Part shown: one piece after another, positions 40,401 through 50,610 of the stretch | Position numbering within the stretch: the first letter of the stretch is position 1 | How the letters are laid out: the number at the start of each line of letters is the position of its first letter | NCBI GenBank assembly: GCA_030324005.1 | Contig: JARDVH010000031.1 | Span: 35,858,561-35,916,082 of the forward strand | Origin: Negaprion brevirostris | Lineage: Eukaryota | Direction of reading: 5' to 3' | DNA: 57,522 nucleotides | The notes under the pieces: model-generated | Database searches by the model: none | Seen by the model: the letters and a program-made list of their open reading frames with translations, nothing else | Told to the model about the DNA's origin: nothing | Position numbers and translations under genes: made by a program

Positions 40401-43400
40401 TTTAATCCTCCTTTTAAATTTTGCCCTCGTAAGACAGGTTTCCTGGGCCTTGGGAAGCCCAATAGCTAAAGGGAGGTGAGGACTGCTGGAGCCAGCAGCT
40501 AGGAACCTTTCAAGTGCCCTTCCACTTCCCTGCTGTATCAACTTACTTGCTTCCACACTCAGCTTTCCTGAGAGATGATCTCCCACCCAACTACCAATCC
40601 CAACTCTCCTCTGACGCCTCTGATTTTCTCTACCTGATCACTCCAAAACCTCCAAAATCCTCAACCTCCCCTACCCGCATCAATTCCCCTGATTTCTCCC
40701 ACTCCCAATGCCTGCAATCATGGATTGTAAAATCGACACTTTGCCTGCCTAACAAGAAATAGGTAGCTCCTTTACTGAATGTCATATCACTATCAGCATG
40801 TTTCAGAGCTTTTCTCTCTTGTGATAAAGACTGTTATGATGTATACACTTTTCATTACCAGAGAACACATTTTTTTCCCTAAATGCCTCTTCCTCCAGCT
40901 ACTATGCCCGAAGAGCGCATTGGCAATCATAGACTTCCATTTAATTGTCCATTATTGACAGAACACTGCAGTAATTTTCTGTTACCTTCTCCAGTATGGC
41001 TTACCAAGAAACTTTTCTGCTCTTACCTTCTGCCATTAGCTGTAGTGGAAGGATTTGTAGGCTGATAATCAATCTATTTGGCCACATTATAAACATACAT
41101 TCCGTGGCCATCAAGTCCTGAAGTGGAACTTGGACCCATAGTTCCCAGACCATTATGTCAGAAGGTCACCGCTCCTATGAAACCACACCAAACAGTATCT
41201 TATATTCATCATTTTAATCAATCTGCAGGAAAATTGCTGCTTGGAATTCTTCCTGCTTCTCACCACTAAGAAAAACATTGAGGGGAAATCAGTGACTCTT
41301 GCCTAGTATATTTTCTGTAATTGTTTTATTCCTTTACGGGGTGGCATCACTGGCCAACATTTGTTGCCCTTCGTTAATTGCCCTTGAGGAAGTGGAGGTT
41401 AGCTACTTTCTTGAATTGCTGCAGCCATGCAGTGTAGGTACACCCCTACAATGCTGTTAGGAAGGGCATTCCAGGATTTTGACCCAGTGATAGGGAAAGA
41501 AATGGCGATATAGAGCCAAATTTCCTGCCCATTATCAACGGACTTGTGGCTGTACTTGAAGTATTCTGGTCAATTCCTGCTGCGGGCAGGACTGGAAAAT
41601 CCCAGCCTTAGTTCCAAATCTGGATGATGTTTGTCTTGGCAGGGAACTTGCAGGCATCTGCTGCCCTTGTCTTTGTAGGCAGTAGAGATTGTGGCTTTGG
41701 AAGGTGTTTTTGAAGGAATATTGAGAATTATTGTAGTGCATCTTGTAGATGTTACACGCTGCTACCACTGTGCATAGGTGGTGGAGGGAGTAAATGTTGA
41801 GGTGATGGATGAGGTCCCAAACTGATTATATTGTCTTGGATGGCATCGAGTTTTTTGAGTGTTATTGGAGATGCACTCATCCAGGCAAATAGGGAGTATT
41901 CCATCACACTCCTGACTTGTGCCTTGAAGATGATAGAAAGGTTTTGGGGACAGGAGGTGAGTTACTTGCCTCAGAATCCCCAACCTCTGACCTGTTCTTG
42001 TCACCACAGCAGTTATATGGATAGCCCAGTTCAGATGCTGATCAGTGATAACCCCCAGGATGTTGATATTTGGGGATTCAGCAGTGGAAATGTCATTGAA
42101 TGTAATGGGGAGATGGTTCGACTGTCCCTGTTGGAGATACTCATAGCCTAGTGCTTGTGAGGTGTGAATGTTACTTGCTACTTATCAGCTCAAACCTGAA
42201 TTTTGTCTAGGCCTTGCTGCATATGGATAGAGACCGCTTCAGTATCTGCGGAGTCACAATTGATACTAAACAGTGTGCAATTATTAGATTCTTACAATAT
42301 CCAGGATGACAATGGAATAAACCCTCAGAATTACTGATAAGCAGAAAAGGTGAAACCAATTGTATTCTGTCCCATTCAACCTATCATTCTGTCTGCCTGT
42401 CTCTCTCTGTCTCTGTTTGTTGGTAAAGATCTGCTATCATGGTAGGTCATGTTCATGAGTTCAACCTAAAACATCCACTATAACTTGTCTGCCTCTACTC
42501 TGTGACATCTGTAACCCAAATGCATCTCTATTGACACCTCATTCTGCTGTCCTTTGTTATAAAAGCATTTAAGGGATATTAGCATGACATCACTTGGAGA
42601 AGAATATGCCATGTCTTAGCTTCACTTTTGCTTTGTGTCTTGTACAGTGAATAAGCAAAATAATTATATCATTATAATAATACAACATGAGATCAGCAGT
42701 AATAAGTCTGGTGGCAGCAAGATTACGTACAGATACAATATAGTGAACAGCCTTAGGTCATGTTACCTGACATGAGACAACCTTTGCCATTTTAGTCAGG
42801 CTGAAACAGAGTCGCAGTGTCAGAGAGTGTTGAGAACACAACATGGGTGACTGCAAAGAAAAGCTTTGAAGACACAGTGCTGACATGGTGCCCAAATAAA
42901 GAGCTGGATGCCTCAGGATGAGATTGCAGTGCATAACCTGTCAGTTCATTGATTGGGACAGCACGATGAGAGGACCAGCACCAAGTTAGCTCAGTTGGGA
43001 AAGGCAAGTGACAACAGTCTCGGCTGGAGGAGGAAGAGCTAGGGAGATGTAGTAGTTTAGCCGAGCGCCAGTTTGTCATCTCCAGAACCATTTATTGTGC
43101 ACCAGAGGAAAGGACCATTCCTGTAGTTTTCAGTCAGGTTGTAGGTCTCAAGGTGAAGACTACCTGACTTTAAGCTACAGACATGGCCTTTGGTGGACAA
43201 TAAAGGGTGTTGGTGATGGGCAATTGACGTTTGGCTGAATGATTACAGGAGAGTCAATCAAAACAAAACAATCATAAAAATTGGGCCAGAGAATGTTGTT
43301 ATTATAATGGGTGGTTTCAGGAATAATAAAACAAACAAAATGAAAAGACAACATTACTCCATTGTGCAATCCCACCACAACTTGTCTTTGTGGGCAGAAC

Positions 43401-46400
43401 TTCAGAAAAGCATACAAAAGCGGCCACAGCACTACTCATCCCCAGTATAACAGAAGAAGGAGAGATATTATCAGAATATGCACAAAATTCTCCAGTATGA
43501 ATTGGGATGTACCTGACCTAACATCTGAATTCAAAACATTTGAACCATGCATAGATTTCTTGATCCAGTTGTGTCTGAACCAGACAAGCAAGACATGAAA
43601 ATTTGCACAGTAATTGGAAATGAAGGTTGAAACAGGTTGAAAACATAATGATTATCAGAAAAAGAGCTAATGGATCCCCGAAATATATGATGACTTTGAA
43701 GGACTGCTTCAGAAGCCAGATTAAACTTTTGCATTTGTCAACGAGGGTTCAGATCATTTTGACAACAGCCTGTAGAATTCATAGACCACTCCATCAGTAG
43801 ATGCAGAGAACAGGGTATGTACTGTGATCTTTCAAAGACAGAGCTAGCGGACAGAATTATTGAGTTGGTGATTATGTTTCCACTCCTGTGAAAGTATCCC
43901 AGAAAGATTTGCTAAACAAGCCCAAAGTATATAGCATTAAAGGGCTACTCAAGGATGGCTATGAGCACGAACTGATGCTCGCAGGTTGGCAAAGCCTATA
44001 GGCCCTAAGTACAACGCATTCATTGAGGCACTCACTGGAATACCAAAATCTCGCAAGAAATGTTGAAGGTGTCTTCTTCTGTATGCACCAAGGAAACACC
44101 CAACTTTTTATCAAGTTTGCAAGGCACAGTGCACTAGAGTAAAGGCCATTTCATATCACATTGCTCCTGCATTGTTTCATAAGAACAATGGATCAGATTC
44201 TGAGTGGACTGAGTGGAGTCCAGTGCTATCTGGATGACATCCTAGTCACTGGAAGAGATGAAGAAAAATATCTTTGAAACTTGGATTGGAGGACTATGGT
44301 CTGAGAATCCACAAAAATAAGTGTAAGTTCTTCTAGTCCTCCACTGAGTATTTGGGACATATCTCCTTTGAAGGTCAACGTTATTATAGAGTCACCTGTA
44401 CTCAGAATATTAACCAGTTGTGATCCTTCCTCAGATTGTAACTACTACGGAAGACTTGTTTCAAATATTTGTTTCAAGTTTTAGCAACCATTTTAAAATC
44501 AATGACTTCAGAACAAGAAATGGAATTGATCTGATCAGTGTAATAATACCTTTGCACAAACCAACTAAGTATTGCTCAAATCTGAAGTTCTTACAAATTC
44601 TGATCCTATTCTACCCTTGCAGTTAGCTTATGATGTTGGAGTGCTAGTATTCAAAATTCTGCCGTGAGGTGGAAAAAGACCCACTGCTTTTGCCGTCTCA
44701 AACCTTGAGCAAGCCTGAAAGTAACTACACATAATTTGAAAGTGAAGCATGAAGGATTACCTTTGGAGCAAAAAAGTTTCATCAATCCCTGCATTAAAGG
44801 AACTTCATACTGCTGTCAGACTATTGTCTTTTAACTATCGTGTTTGGACTGTACGTGGGAATTCCGTCACTTGCAGCAAGTAGAATGCAGAGATTAGCAT
44901 TGCTATTCATCTGTGTATACTTAGTCCATCAAGTGTCAACAATCAAGTCTACAATGTAATCCAGATGGACTGTCAAGATTACCACTACCAAGTAGTTTGT
45001 CAGTTAATACTTCATCAAGCTACTCAAGTGGTGGTATTTTCTGCTTTGAACATACAGTACACTAGTCACTTCTGGACAATTGAAGAAATATACCTGGAGT
45101 GATGGACATGATGGGAAGACCTCAGGACTGACACCTGACTTGAAACCATATTTCTCTACAAGATTGGAGCAGTAAGTACAATCAGGATGTCTTCAGTGGG
45201 GGCTCAGAGTGATTATTCCGCTACAATTGAGAAGTCAAATTTTAGACAAGTTACACGAGAGACATTGTGGAATAGTACGCATGTAGGAGATAGCCAAGAG
45301 TTATTTCTGGTGGCCTGGATGGGATATGGAAATTGAAGGGAAAACTGGAATGTATTCTTCATGTGAAAAGGTAAGAAACATGCCATTGTTAGCACTGCTG
45401 CATCCATGGCAATAGGCAGAAGAGCTTTGGCAATGAGTTCCTGTGGAGTTTGCAGGACCTTTTGAAGAGCATACGTTCTAAGTCATGGTCAATACTCATT
45501 CTAAGTGGCCAGAAGTTATTATAATTAAATCTACTTCGTCAGAAAAGGCTATCAAGAGGCTAGGAGAAGTCTTTAGTAGGCTTGGATTCTCTGAATAAAT
45601 CTTAAGTAGCAACGGACCTCAATTTGTCTCCCAAGAATTTGAAAGTTTTTTGAAAGAGGATGGTGTTCAACATAATAGGTCTGCACCATGCCATCCTGCT
45701 ATGAATGGACCAGCAGAACATTTTGTCCAAGCCATGAAACATACATTGAGAGAGCAGGCAGAAACAACATTCTCTGATCAAACATCTTAACCAGTTCCTA
45801 CTAATGTATTGAAATATGTTCATTCTATAACCAAGACCTCTCCTGCATTGTTAATGATGAAGAGACAACTACGTCAACATTTGACTTGTTGAAATCTCTG
45901 AAAGTAAAAGAAATCGTACAACAATAAGGTCAGATAAAATGGCTGGAAAGCAAAGCAAAACATTGTGCTTTCCACCAAGGACAAGGAGTTTTGGCTATGA
46001 ATTACTTCACAGGTGAGAAATGAATTCCTGCCATCATCCGTGCACAGTCTGGCCCTGCCTTGTATACCATCCAAACCAGAGATGATCTGGAGGAGGCATG
46101 TAAACCAGCTGAGCCTGCTGAAAATCTGGGTTCAACTATACAAAGTCCTGACCTGAACCTTCCTGCAATGATGATACTGACACTGTTGAGGAAAGCAACA
46201 CCTAACCTACAGACCAAACACAGAGTCAACCTCTAGTTACAATATTGATGCCAATCAAACCACCACTGATGACATTTGTGCAAAGACAAATGCATCTGAG
46301 ATTAAAACCAATGCAAATAAGAAAATACCAGAGATTTGCCATCAATTGTTTTCAGAGCAACGACCTCCGGACCATATGACTTATTGATTATTGTTTATTG

Positions 46401-49400
46401 CTTATTGTTCATGTTGCACTTGTTTGAATTTGTTGGGAGCACTCAATTTAAAGGAGGCGGAAATGTTTTATATTGATATTGATTCTTGTTAGCTGCACTA
46501 AGCACTGTGTATTAATACATTCATGTATTCACTGGAAGTTATGCCACAAATCGTTAGCATGGGGAAAATGCTAGAGAGAAGAAGCAGCCTAGTAGTAAAT
46601 ATCATCCTATAACTAAAGCTCTTTTATTTTTAACCCTCCATGCTTCCTAGCTTCAATTCTCCAACATATAACATATACTACTGAAAAGCTTTCAATGTAC
46701 ATGTTTCAGTTGTTCCGTGTGGAGGATCCATAGTCCTGGAATAAGGTATAATCAATCCTCCTGGTTGTCACAGATATTCGACATTATGGAAACTAAAAGC
46801 CCAGTAATTATAAGTCTACCAGTATGTTAAGACCTCACACTAATAACAAAGCATGTCAGACATCACAGGACAAATCATTCTCAGAAACTACTCCTGTCAC
46901 CCCATTTCACAACCTAACATCGAAATATCCAGAATGTTTCAACAAAATTGGCAGTTTCAAGGGAGCTGCAACATTATGCTCGCAGAAAAATACAAGTCTG
47001 CCAATTGATCCTCCACTTAAGTGATCCACATACAAGACAAATTGAAGGTTGAACTTGACAAAGTGGAGGAAAATTGAATCACAAGAAGGATAAAAGAGCA
47101 CACAGATTAATGCAGCTCAGTCACACGTGCCTTAAAGAAGGACAGATCATTGCGATTATGCCTTGATTCGTGACATTCAAATACAGCTCTGAAATATTGT
47201 TCTTACAAAATACCCACATTTGTAGATGTAAAATTTTTCTTGAAGCTTGATGTTAGGCATGGCAATACAGCTCACGGAGAAGTCTCATCAGCTTATTACA
47301 TTTCACTCCCAATTTAGGCAATTTGGTTTTCAATGGCTTCCTTTCAGGCTGTTAGCTCATATTTCTATCAAGCTCACATCGACTGAGTTACATGCATTGT
47401 ACCAGGATGAACGTGTATCACAGTTAATATAACTGCTGTGAGAAGAGCGAAGTGAGAATGTGACCATACCCTGCACTTAATGATGTAAGTGACAGGTAAT
47501 GAAGGATTGGTGTTCAACAGTTTGAAATGCAACCTCAAGGTGCAAAAAATCAATTTCTCTGGTTCCATTTGTTCCTGTTCTGGTATATGTCTTGATCCAA
47601 GTTAAACAGTGGACATTAGAGCCAGAAAATAAGGACAATCTTTGAAGCTGTTTCTGTCTTTTTCATTTCTTGTCTCCATATTTCACTCAGAACCTTCATT
47701 GCTAAGGGAACCATTGAGAAAGGATGTGCCTTCCCTGTTGCATGAAGACCATCAATACCTCTTCAAGGAACTAAAAAAGTTATCATCAGAAGCATGGCAA
47801 TTTTATGACCCTAGGGAGACAACAACCCTATAGATGCCTCATTGAAAGGGTTAGGAGCATACATACTATAAAAAGGAAAACTATTTGCATTTGCTTCAAA
47901 ATCTCTGTCCATAAGCCAATCCAACTATTTCAACATCGAGTGTAGATTAGCTTTAGAGTTTGGCATCATTTATTTTCATATCTGTTTATTTAGTAAAATA
48001 TTTATGGTGCAGACTGACCACAAGCCACTGGAGATGATTTGGTGCAAACCATTGAACTGTGTACAGTGAAGATTGCAACATCTCTTGATAAATATTCAAG
48101 GTTATGACTCTTGATGAGATCTTAAGGAGATGAGGTACAAACCAGGTAACTTGATTATCACATCAGCAGCACTTATACATTGCCTAACCCAGTGAAAACA
48201 AAAGGTATATCTTTCAACCTACAAGTTAACTTCATTGACATTGAACTTGAAAATGTTCTCCAAAGTTATCTGGTACACTTTGTGTAATCCAAACGCCAGC
48301 AGCTGCAAGAAGAAACAATGAGAGATTCTACAATATGAAAGCTGTAGACACCATTATTGCAGGAGAACCTGATCCAATTCAGCACATCCATAAACATGTA
48401 AAATCATTTTTCTCTGATCATGGTAAACTAGGCATCTCCCAGGGAGTTATTTTTAAAGGCAGGCAGGTCTTCATTCTGGAAACGTTGTGACCTGATATCT
48501 CACACATTGGCATAGATCAGATAAGACTTGAGAGAGATGCTATTGGCCAGGTATGAGCAATGACATTGAACTTGCTGTCAAGAAGTGTAAGGCATGTTAA
48601 GAGCATAAAACAAGCCAGCATAAAGCATCATTGATTCCACGTCAAGGTCCTACCCATGCTTAGTCCAAAATCGCATCCAACCTTTTATGTCCAATGCACC
48701 AACTTTACTAAGTATCCCATTATTTGAAAATTGCATAGTATGCCAGGCACATCTTCACACACACTGTCAGTGCTAGAGAGATCATTGCAAAGAATGGTCC
48801 ACAATTTGTTGGTAAGCCATTTCAGGAAATGTGTGAGGAGTGAACTATCAATCATTACTACTTCTGTTTATTATCCCAGCTCTGCAGAATGGATTATTTG
48901 CACAGTGACATCACTAATTCTCAAATGTAGATGAACTAAGCAAAGTCTATACATTGCAGCATTATATCTGAAAGTGGCACTTTTAAGTGCAATTATTACA
49001 TCATCAACAGAGCTCGTGTTAGGCAGACCAATGCGTAGAAGTTTAACTCTTCTTACCCATTCTACTCTCCCAGAAACTAGAGAACAACTTTTAAAACTAC
49101 AAGAAAAGATGATCAATATGCACGATAAAAAGGCACAGAATTGCCTAGTTTACAATCAGGACAACAAGTTTGTATCCAGGATCCCACAGAGGTACATGGC
49201 AACCGATCTAGGTGACAAGTATTTGTTTAGCGCCAAGATCCTATGCAGTCGTTGCATACCAAGGCATAACAGTGAGGCATAACCGAGGACAAATCAGATC
49301 TTTTCCAGCTTCTTACATATAGAACAAGATTCAAAATGCAACCAGGAACAAGACCCAAGAGTGACTTTTTTATTCATTCATAGGATGTGGGTGTTGCTGG

Positions 49401-50610
49401 CTGGACAAGCATTTATTGCCCATCCCTAGGAGCAGTTAAGAGTCAACCACATTATTGTGGATCTGGAGTCACATATAGGCCAGACTAGGTANNNNNNNNN
49501 NNNNNNNNNNNNNNNNNNNNNNNNNNNNNNNNNNNNNNNNNNNNNNNNNNNNNNNNNNNNNNNNNNNNNNNNNNNNNNNNNNNNNNNNNNNNNNNNNNNN
49601 NNNNNNNNNNNNNNNNNNNNNNNNNNNNNNNNNNNNNNNNNNNNNNNNNNNNNNNNNNNNNNNNNNNNNNNNNNNNNNNNNNNNNNNNNNNGACAATACT
49701 ACTGCCTCTCCTGAGCGCACACAATTCTGCTGTCTTCAAGCTTTATATCTATATTTAACTATTCTCCTGTGCCTAGTCTTAATAGATGAACCCATATCAT
49801 GTAATGAACCCACAGTGTGTTTAGCAAATCCTTTATAAGCAATAGGTGCCTTGTGTCTTGTACAGTAAATAAACCCAAGGATTGTGTAATTATAATAACA
49901 GGATACCCTCCATACTGCCCTTTGAAGAGGTCCCTGTAATTTTTCAGCTCTGATCAAATGGCTGAAACACTGACATTTGCTTTTCTGCATGTCACTTTTA
50001 AGAATTCTTTTTGCTCTTGCAATTCCAAGCACCTCTTCATTTATCTTATTGTCTATAAGTGGTATATTTTTAGCCTGTGTCTTAACATCCACGTTTCAAA
50101 GGTGTCTATTTCCTTCTACAGATCTTTATTTATTGTCCAGGTTTCTGAGGCATACAGAAAAGTGAATAGAATGTAGCATTCTGTCATTGCCTTTCATATT
50201 ACTACAGATCATTGAGCAACAAAAATACAAACCAGTGAAATCCCAATCATTAATTTTTTTTAAAAATCTGTATTTTAAAATCTTTAGTCTGTTTTAACTT
50301 CATTTTTCACATATTCCATACTATAAGAAATTTAAAGGACATATAGTTCTGCAAAATCTAACTTTGTGGAATCAGTGAATCATGATGCTCAAAAGCACGT
50401 AGTACTGTTTAAATCTTAATTCATATTTGGGGAAATCTGTTTATCTAGTGGTGAACTGTCAGTAATACAGACCTTTTTATTTCAAACAGGCTTTATTGAT
50501 TTTATTGTGGAACCAACCTTCTCTGTTCTAACAGAAATAGCAGAAAAAATATTAACTCCTCTCATAGAGGAAGCTTCTCAATCGGACACCTCCGACTTTC
50601 GACGACAAAG
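13345..50610 (+). CDS. PDE1A: Ca2+/calmodulin-dependent cyclic nucleotide phosphodiesterase 1A, partial gene (8 internal exons encoding the catalytic domain)
   Basis: join(13345..13461,17318..17458,24277..24377,29806..29931,33328..33429,33554..33674,37968..38049,50490..50610) = 911 nt. All introns are GT-AG, phases are compatible and there are no stops. PDEase motifs YHNLIHAAD, AIHDYEHTGTTN, TDMS, HAADISHPAK and QSQIGFIDFIVEP are present. From recall, residues such as YSKYKNPYHNLIH, VAILYNDRSVLE, LSKDDWR and STMVAQSQ fit PDE1A better than PDE1B/C. Confidence 0.93.
14423..14735 (-). mobile_element. HE1-like tRNA-derived SINE
   Basis: Full head-body-tail; tail catagaatcccacagtgcagaaagaggccattc. 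Confidence 0.88.
15250..15920 (-). mobile_element. Highly degraded L1-like LINE ORF2 fragment
   Basis: KY......IEDLFNNFPPL, RLNF and EYGRLGLPDI (compare GGLGLPD) in L1 order, with stops and frameshifts. Confidence 0.45.
17318..17458 (+). CDS. PDE1A: PDE1A exon (IPVSSLMSFVEALEVGYSKYKNPYHNLIHAADVAQTVHYLMLHTGIM)
   Basis: Acceptor ttttctcttctttag, donor gtaaga, 141 nt, phase 0-0. Contains the YHN..H catalytic/metal motif. Confidence 0.97.
18184..18250 (-). mobile_element. Young CR1 LINE 3' tail ((ATAGAAC)n) running into a gap
   Basis: (catagaa)n cattacagcgcagaacaggcccttcggcccacgatgttgc; identical to 32181-32253. Confidence 0.8.
19165..20200 (-). mobile_element. PIF/Harbinger transposon remnant (transposase N-terminal fragment)
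   Basis: MPVVLKIMMALYFYASFQASVRGLCDILQLASYHHIKAIAD resembles Harbinger transposase (K..ALxFYASGSFQ..GDLCGISQ). Boundaries approximate. Confidence 0.65.
20850..21280 (-). mobile_element. Rex1/Babar-like LINE 3' end inserted in the Gypsy element
   Basis: Frameshifted ..PHTPQTYSLLPS..TQEQLL region typical of the Rex1 RT C-terminus, with a short (gattt)n tail. Confidence 0.6.
24277..24377 (+). CDS. PDE1A: PDE1A exon (HWFTELEILAMLFAAAIHDYEHTGTTNNFHIQTR)
   Basis: Acceptor tttttctgttacag, donor gtagga, 101 nt, phase 0-2. Contains the HD metal-binding signature. Confidence 0.97.
25318..26600 (-). mobile_element. L2/CR1-clade LINE 3' end split by a MITE
   Basis: 25318-25489 and 26510-26600 align with the copy at 41322-41700. 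Confidence 0.7.
25490..26509. mobile_element. Non-autonomous DNA transposon (MITE), contains an N gap
   Basis: Imperfect TIRs tgggtgcttctctccc ... gggagcatcgtggcca; shares body with 2597-3437. Confidence 0.7.
27794..27826 (-). CDS. Candidate short terminal coding exon of the CARD gene ((Q)TQTVWSDAL*)
   Basis: On the - strand: pyrimidine tract tttccatttttgtgctcttgcaaag with a tandem AAG/CAG acceptor, phase-0 compatible with the CARD exon. TAA at 27796-27794 and AATAAA at 27581-27576. No homology support. Confidence 0.35.
   Translation of the reverse strand, partial: QTQTVWSDAL
27945..28265 (-). mobile_element. HE1-like tRNA-derived SINE
   Basis: catagaatccctacagtgcagaa ... gcagcagtgctaaccactgtgccaccgtg. 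Confidence 0.88.
28446..28693 (-). CDS. Antisense nested exon encoding a caspase-1-like CARD (caspase recruitment domain)
   Basis: On the - strand: acceptor tttgtttcttatcag, 248 nt open frame (D)WLHKNFSDFVQKMGEGVHKPVVDKLYEKCLNKEEVNNISSKTTCQERNRELLRIMLDKGEDVCRMFLSTFCNKDPSNEMTRK, then consensus donor AAG/gtaagt. Shares MGEG, LNKEE, R..L, KG...C and C..D with the caspase-1/CARD16-18 CARD (from recall). Confidence 0.82.
29806..29931 (+). CDS. PDE1A: PDE1A exon (SGVAILYNDRSVLENYHVSAAYRLMQDEEMNILCNLSKDDWR)
   Basis: Acceptor tttatttactaacag, donor gtaaga, 126 nt, phase 2-2. Confidence 0.97.
30268..30593 (-). mobile_element. HE1-like tRNA-derived SINE
   Basis: Same head/body/tail as the other copies. 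Confidence 0.88.
31575..31786. mobile_element. Short MITE
   Basis: Ends gggaaagattcc ... ggaaaattccagcc, related to other MITE ends in the window. Confidence 0.45.
32164..32718 (-). mobile_element. HE1-like SINE interrupted by a CR1 LINE (about 32181-32426, with gap)
   Basis: SINE tail tagaatccctacagtgtagaa resumes as gaaggaggccattc at 32427. The insert has an (ATAGAAC)n tail and a CR1 RT piece (LHFGRNN..EYRANGRILNSVEEQ). Confidence 0.85.
33328..33429 (+). CDS. PDE1A: PDE1A exon (ELRSLVIEMVLSTDMSCHFQQIKTMKNTLQQPEG)
   Basis: Acceptor caaacag, donor gtgagg, 102 nt, phase 2-2. Confidence 0.96.
33554..33674 (+). CDS. PDE1A: PDE1A exon (TDKAKVMSLMLHAADISHPAKTWQQHYRWTMTLMEEFFRQ)
   Basis: Acceptor ttggtttttcag, donor gtaaag, 121 nt, phase 2-0. 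Contains the metal-ligand Asp of AADIS. Confidence 0.97.
35010..35478. mobile_element. MITE right part
   Basis: G-rich body ending gtgggagaatcgggcccc. Confidence 0.55.
36999..37051 (+). repeat. Exact 21-bp direct repeat ATGGGCTGAGGTATATAAGCA (period 32)
   Basis: Copies at 36999-37019 and 37031-37051. Confidence 0.95.
37450..37783 (-). mobile_element. HE1-like tRNA-derived SINE
   Basis: (catagaat)n-like tail, body and head as in the other copies. Confidence 0.88.
37968..38049 (+). CDS. PDE1A: PDE1A exon (GDSEADLGLPFSPLCDRKSTMVAQSQI)
   Basis: Acceptor atttcctatacag, donor gtaagt, 82 nt, phase 0-1. Contains the invariant substrate-binding Gln. Confidence 0.97.
38230..39080 (+). mobile_element. 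Degraded L2 LINE RT fragment
   Basis: SMRPNSHPFEPIPTKLL..LAPMIANIVN; cagcctttctctcttctccaaag (LPFLSK); gcctttgacgcaattgatcac (AFDxIDH). Confidence 0.75.
39269..40040 (+). mobile_element. Possible solo LTR
   Basis: TGTAA...TAACA termini around ~770 bp of non-coding sequence. No clear target-site duplication. Confidence 0.3.
41322..42285 (-). mobile_element. L2/CR1-clade LINE 3' part, with a ~95-bp MITE at 41513-41608
   Basis: RTGQRLGILRQVTHLLSPK RT C-terminal motif. The 3' UTR matches the copies at 25318 and 49365. Confidence 0.75.
44150..46673 (+). mobile_element. 5'-truncated Gypsy element nested inside the outer one (RT, RNase H, integrase, PPT, 3' LTR)
   Basis: MDQILSGLSGVQCYLDDILVTG; HSKWPEV; SSNGPQFVSQEF; PPT aaaggaggcggaaa at 46450-46463 followed by TGTT. 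Confidence 0.85.
49365..49491 (-). mobile_element. LINE 3' end (same family as 25318 and 41322)
   Basis: ttttattcattcataggatgtggg..gctggc..agcatttattgcccatccct. Confidence 0.7.
49905..50190 (-). mobile_element. RTE LINE 3' fragment
   Basis: INEEVLGIARAKRIL..MQKSKCQCFSHLIR resembles the RTE ORF C-terminus (NEEVL..R....FGH..R). Confidence 0.6.
50490..50610 (+). CDS. PDE1A: PDE1A exon (GFIDFIVEPTFSVLTEIAEKILTPLIEEASQSDTSDFRRQ)
   Basis: Acceptor tttttatttcaaacag, donor gtgtgt, 121 nt, phase 1-2. Confidence 0.95.

Larger units (their letters stand above)
42288..49900 (+). mobile_element. Degraded near-full-length Gypsy LTR retrotransposon (outer element)
   Basis: LTR-end motif ttgtgtcttgtacagt.aata...attataataa(tac)aca occurs at ~42632-42687 and ~49851-49900, with a PBS-like TGAGATCAGCAG after the first. 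Gag (MNWDVPDLTSEFKTF), RT (KYPECFNKIGSFKG, KKDRSLRLCLD), RNase H (DASLKGLGA, TDHKPLE) and integrase remnants follow in order. Confidence 0.8.
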
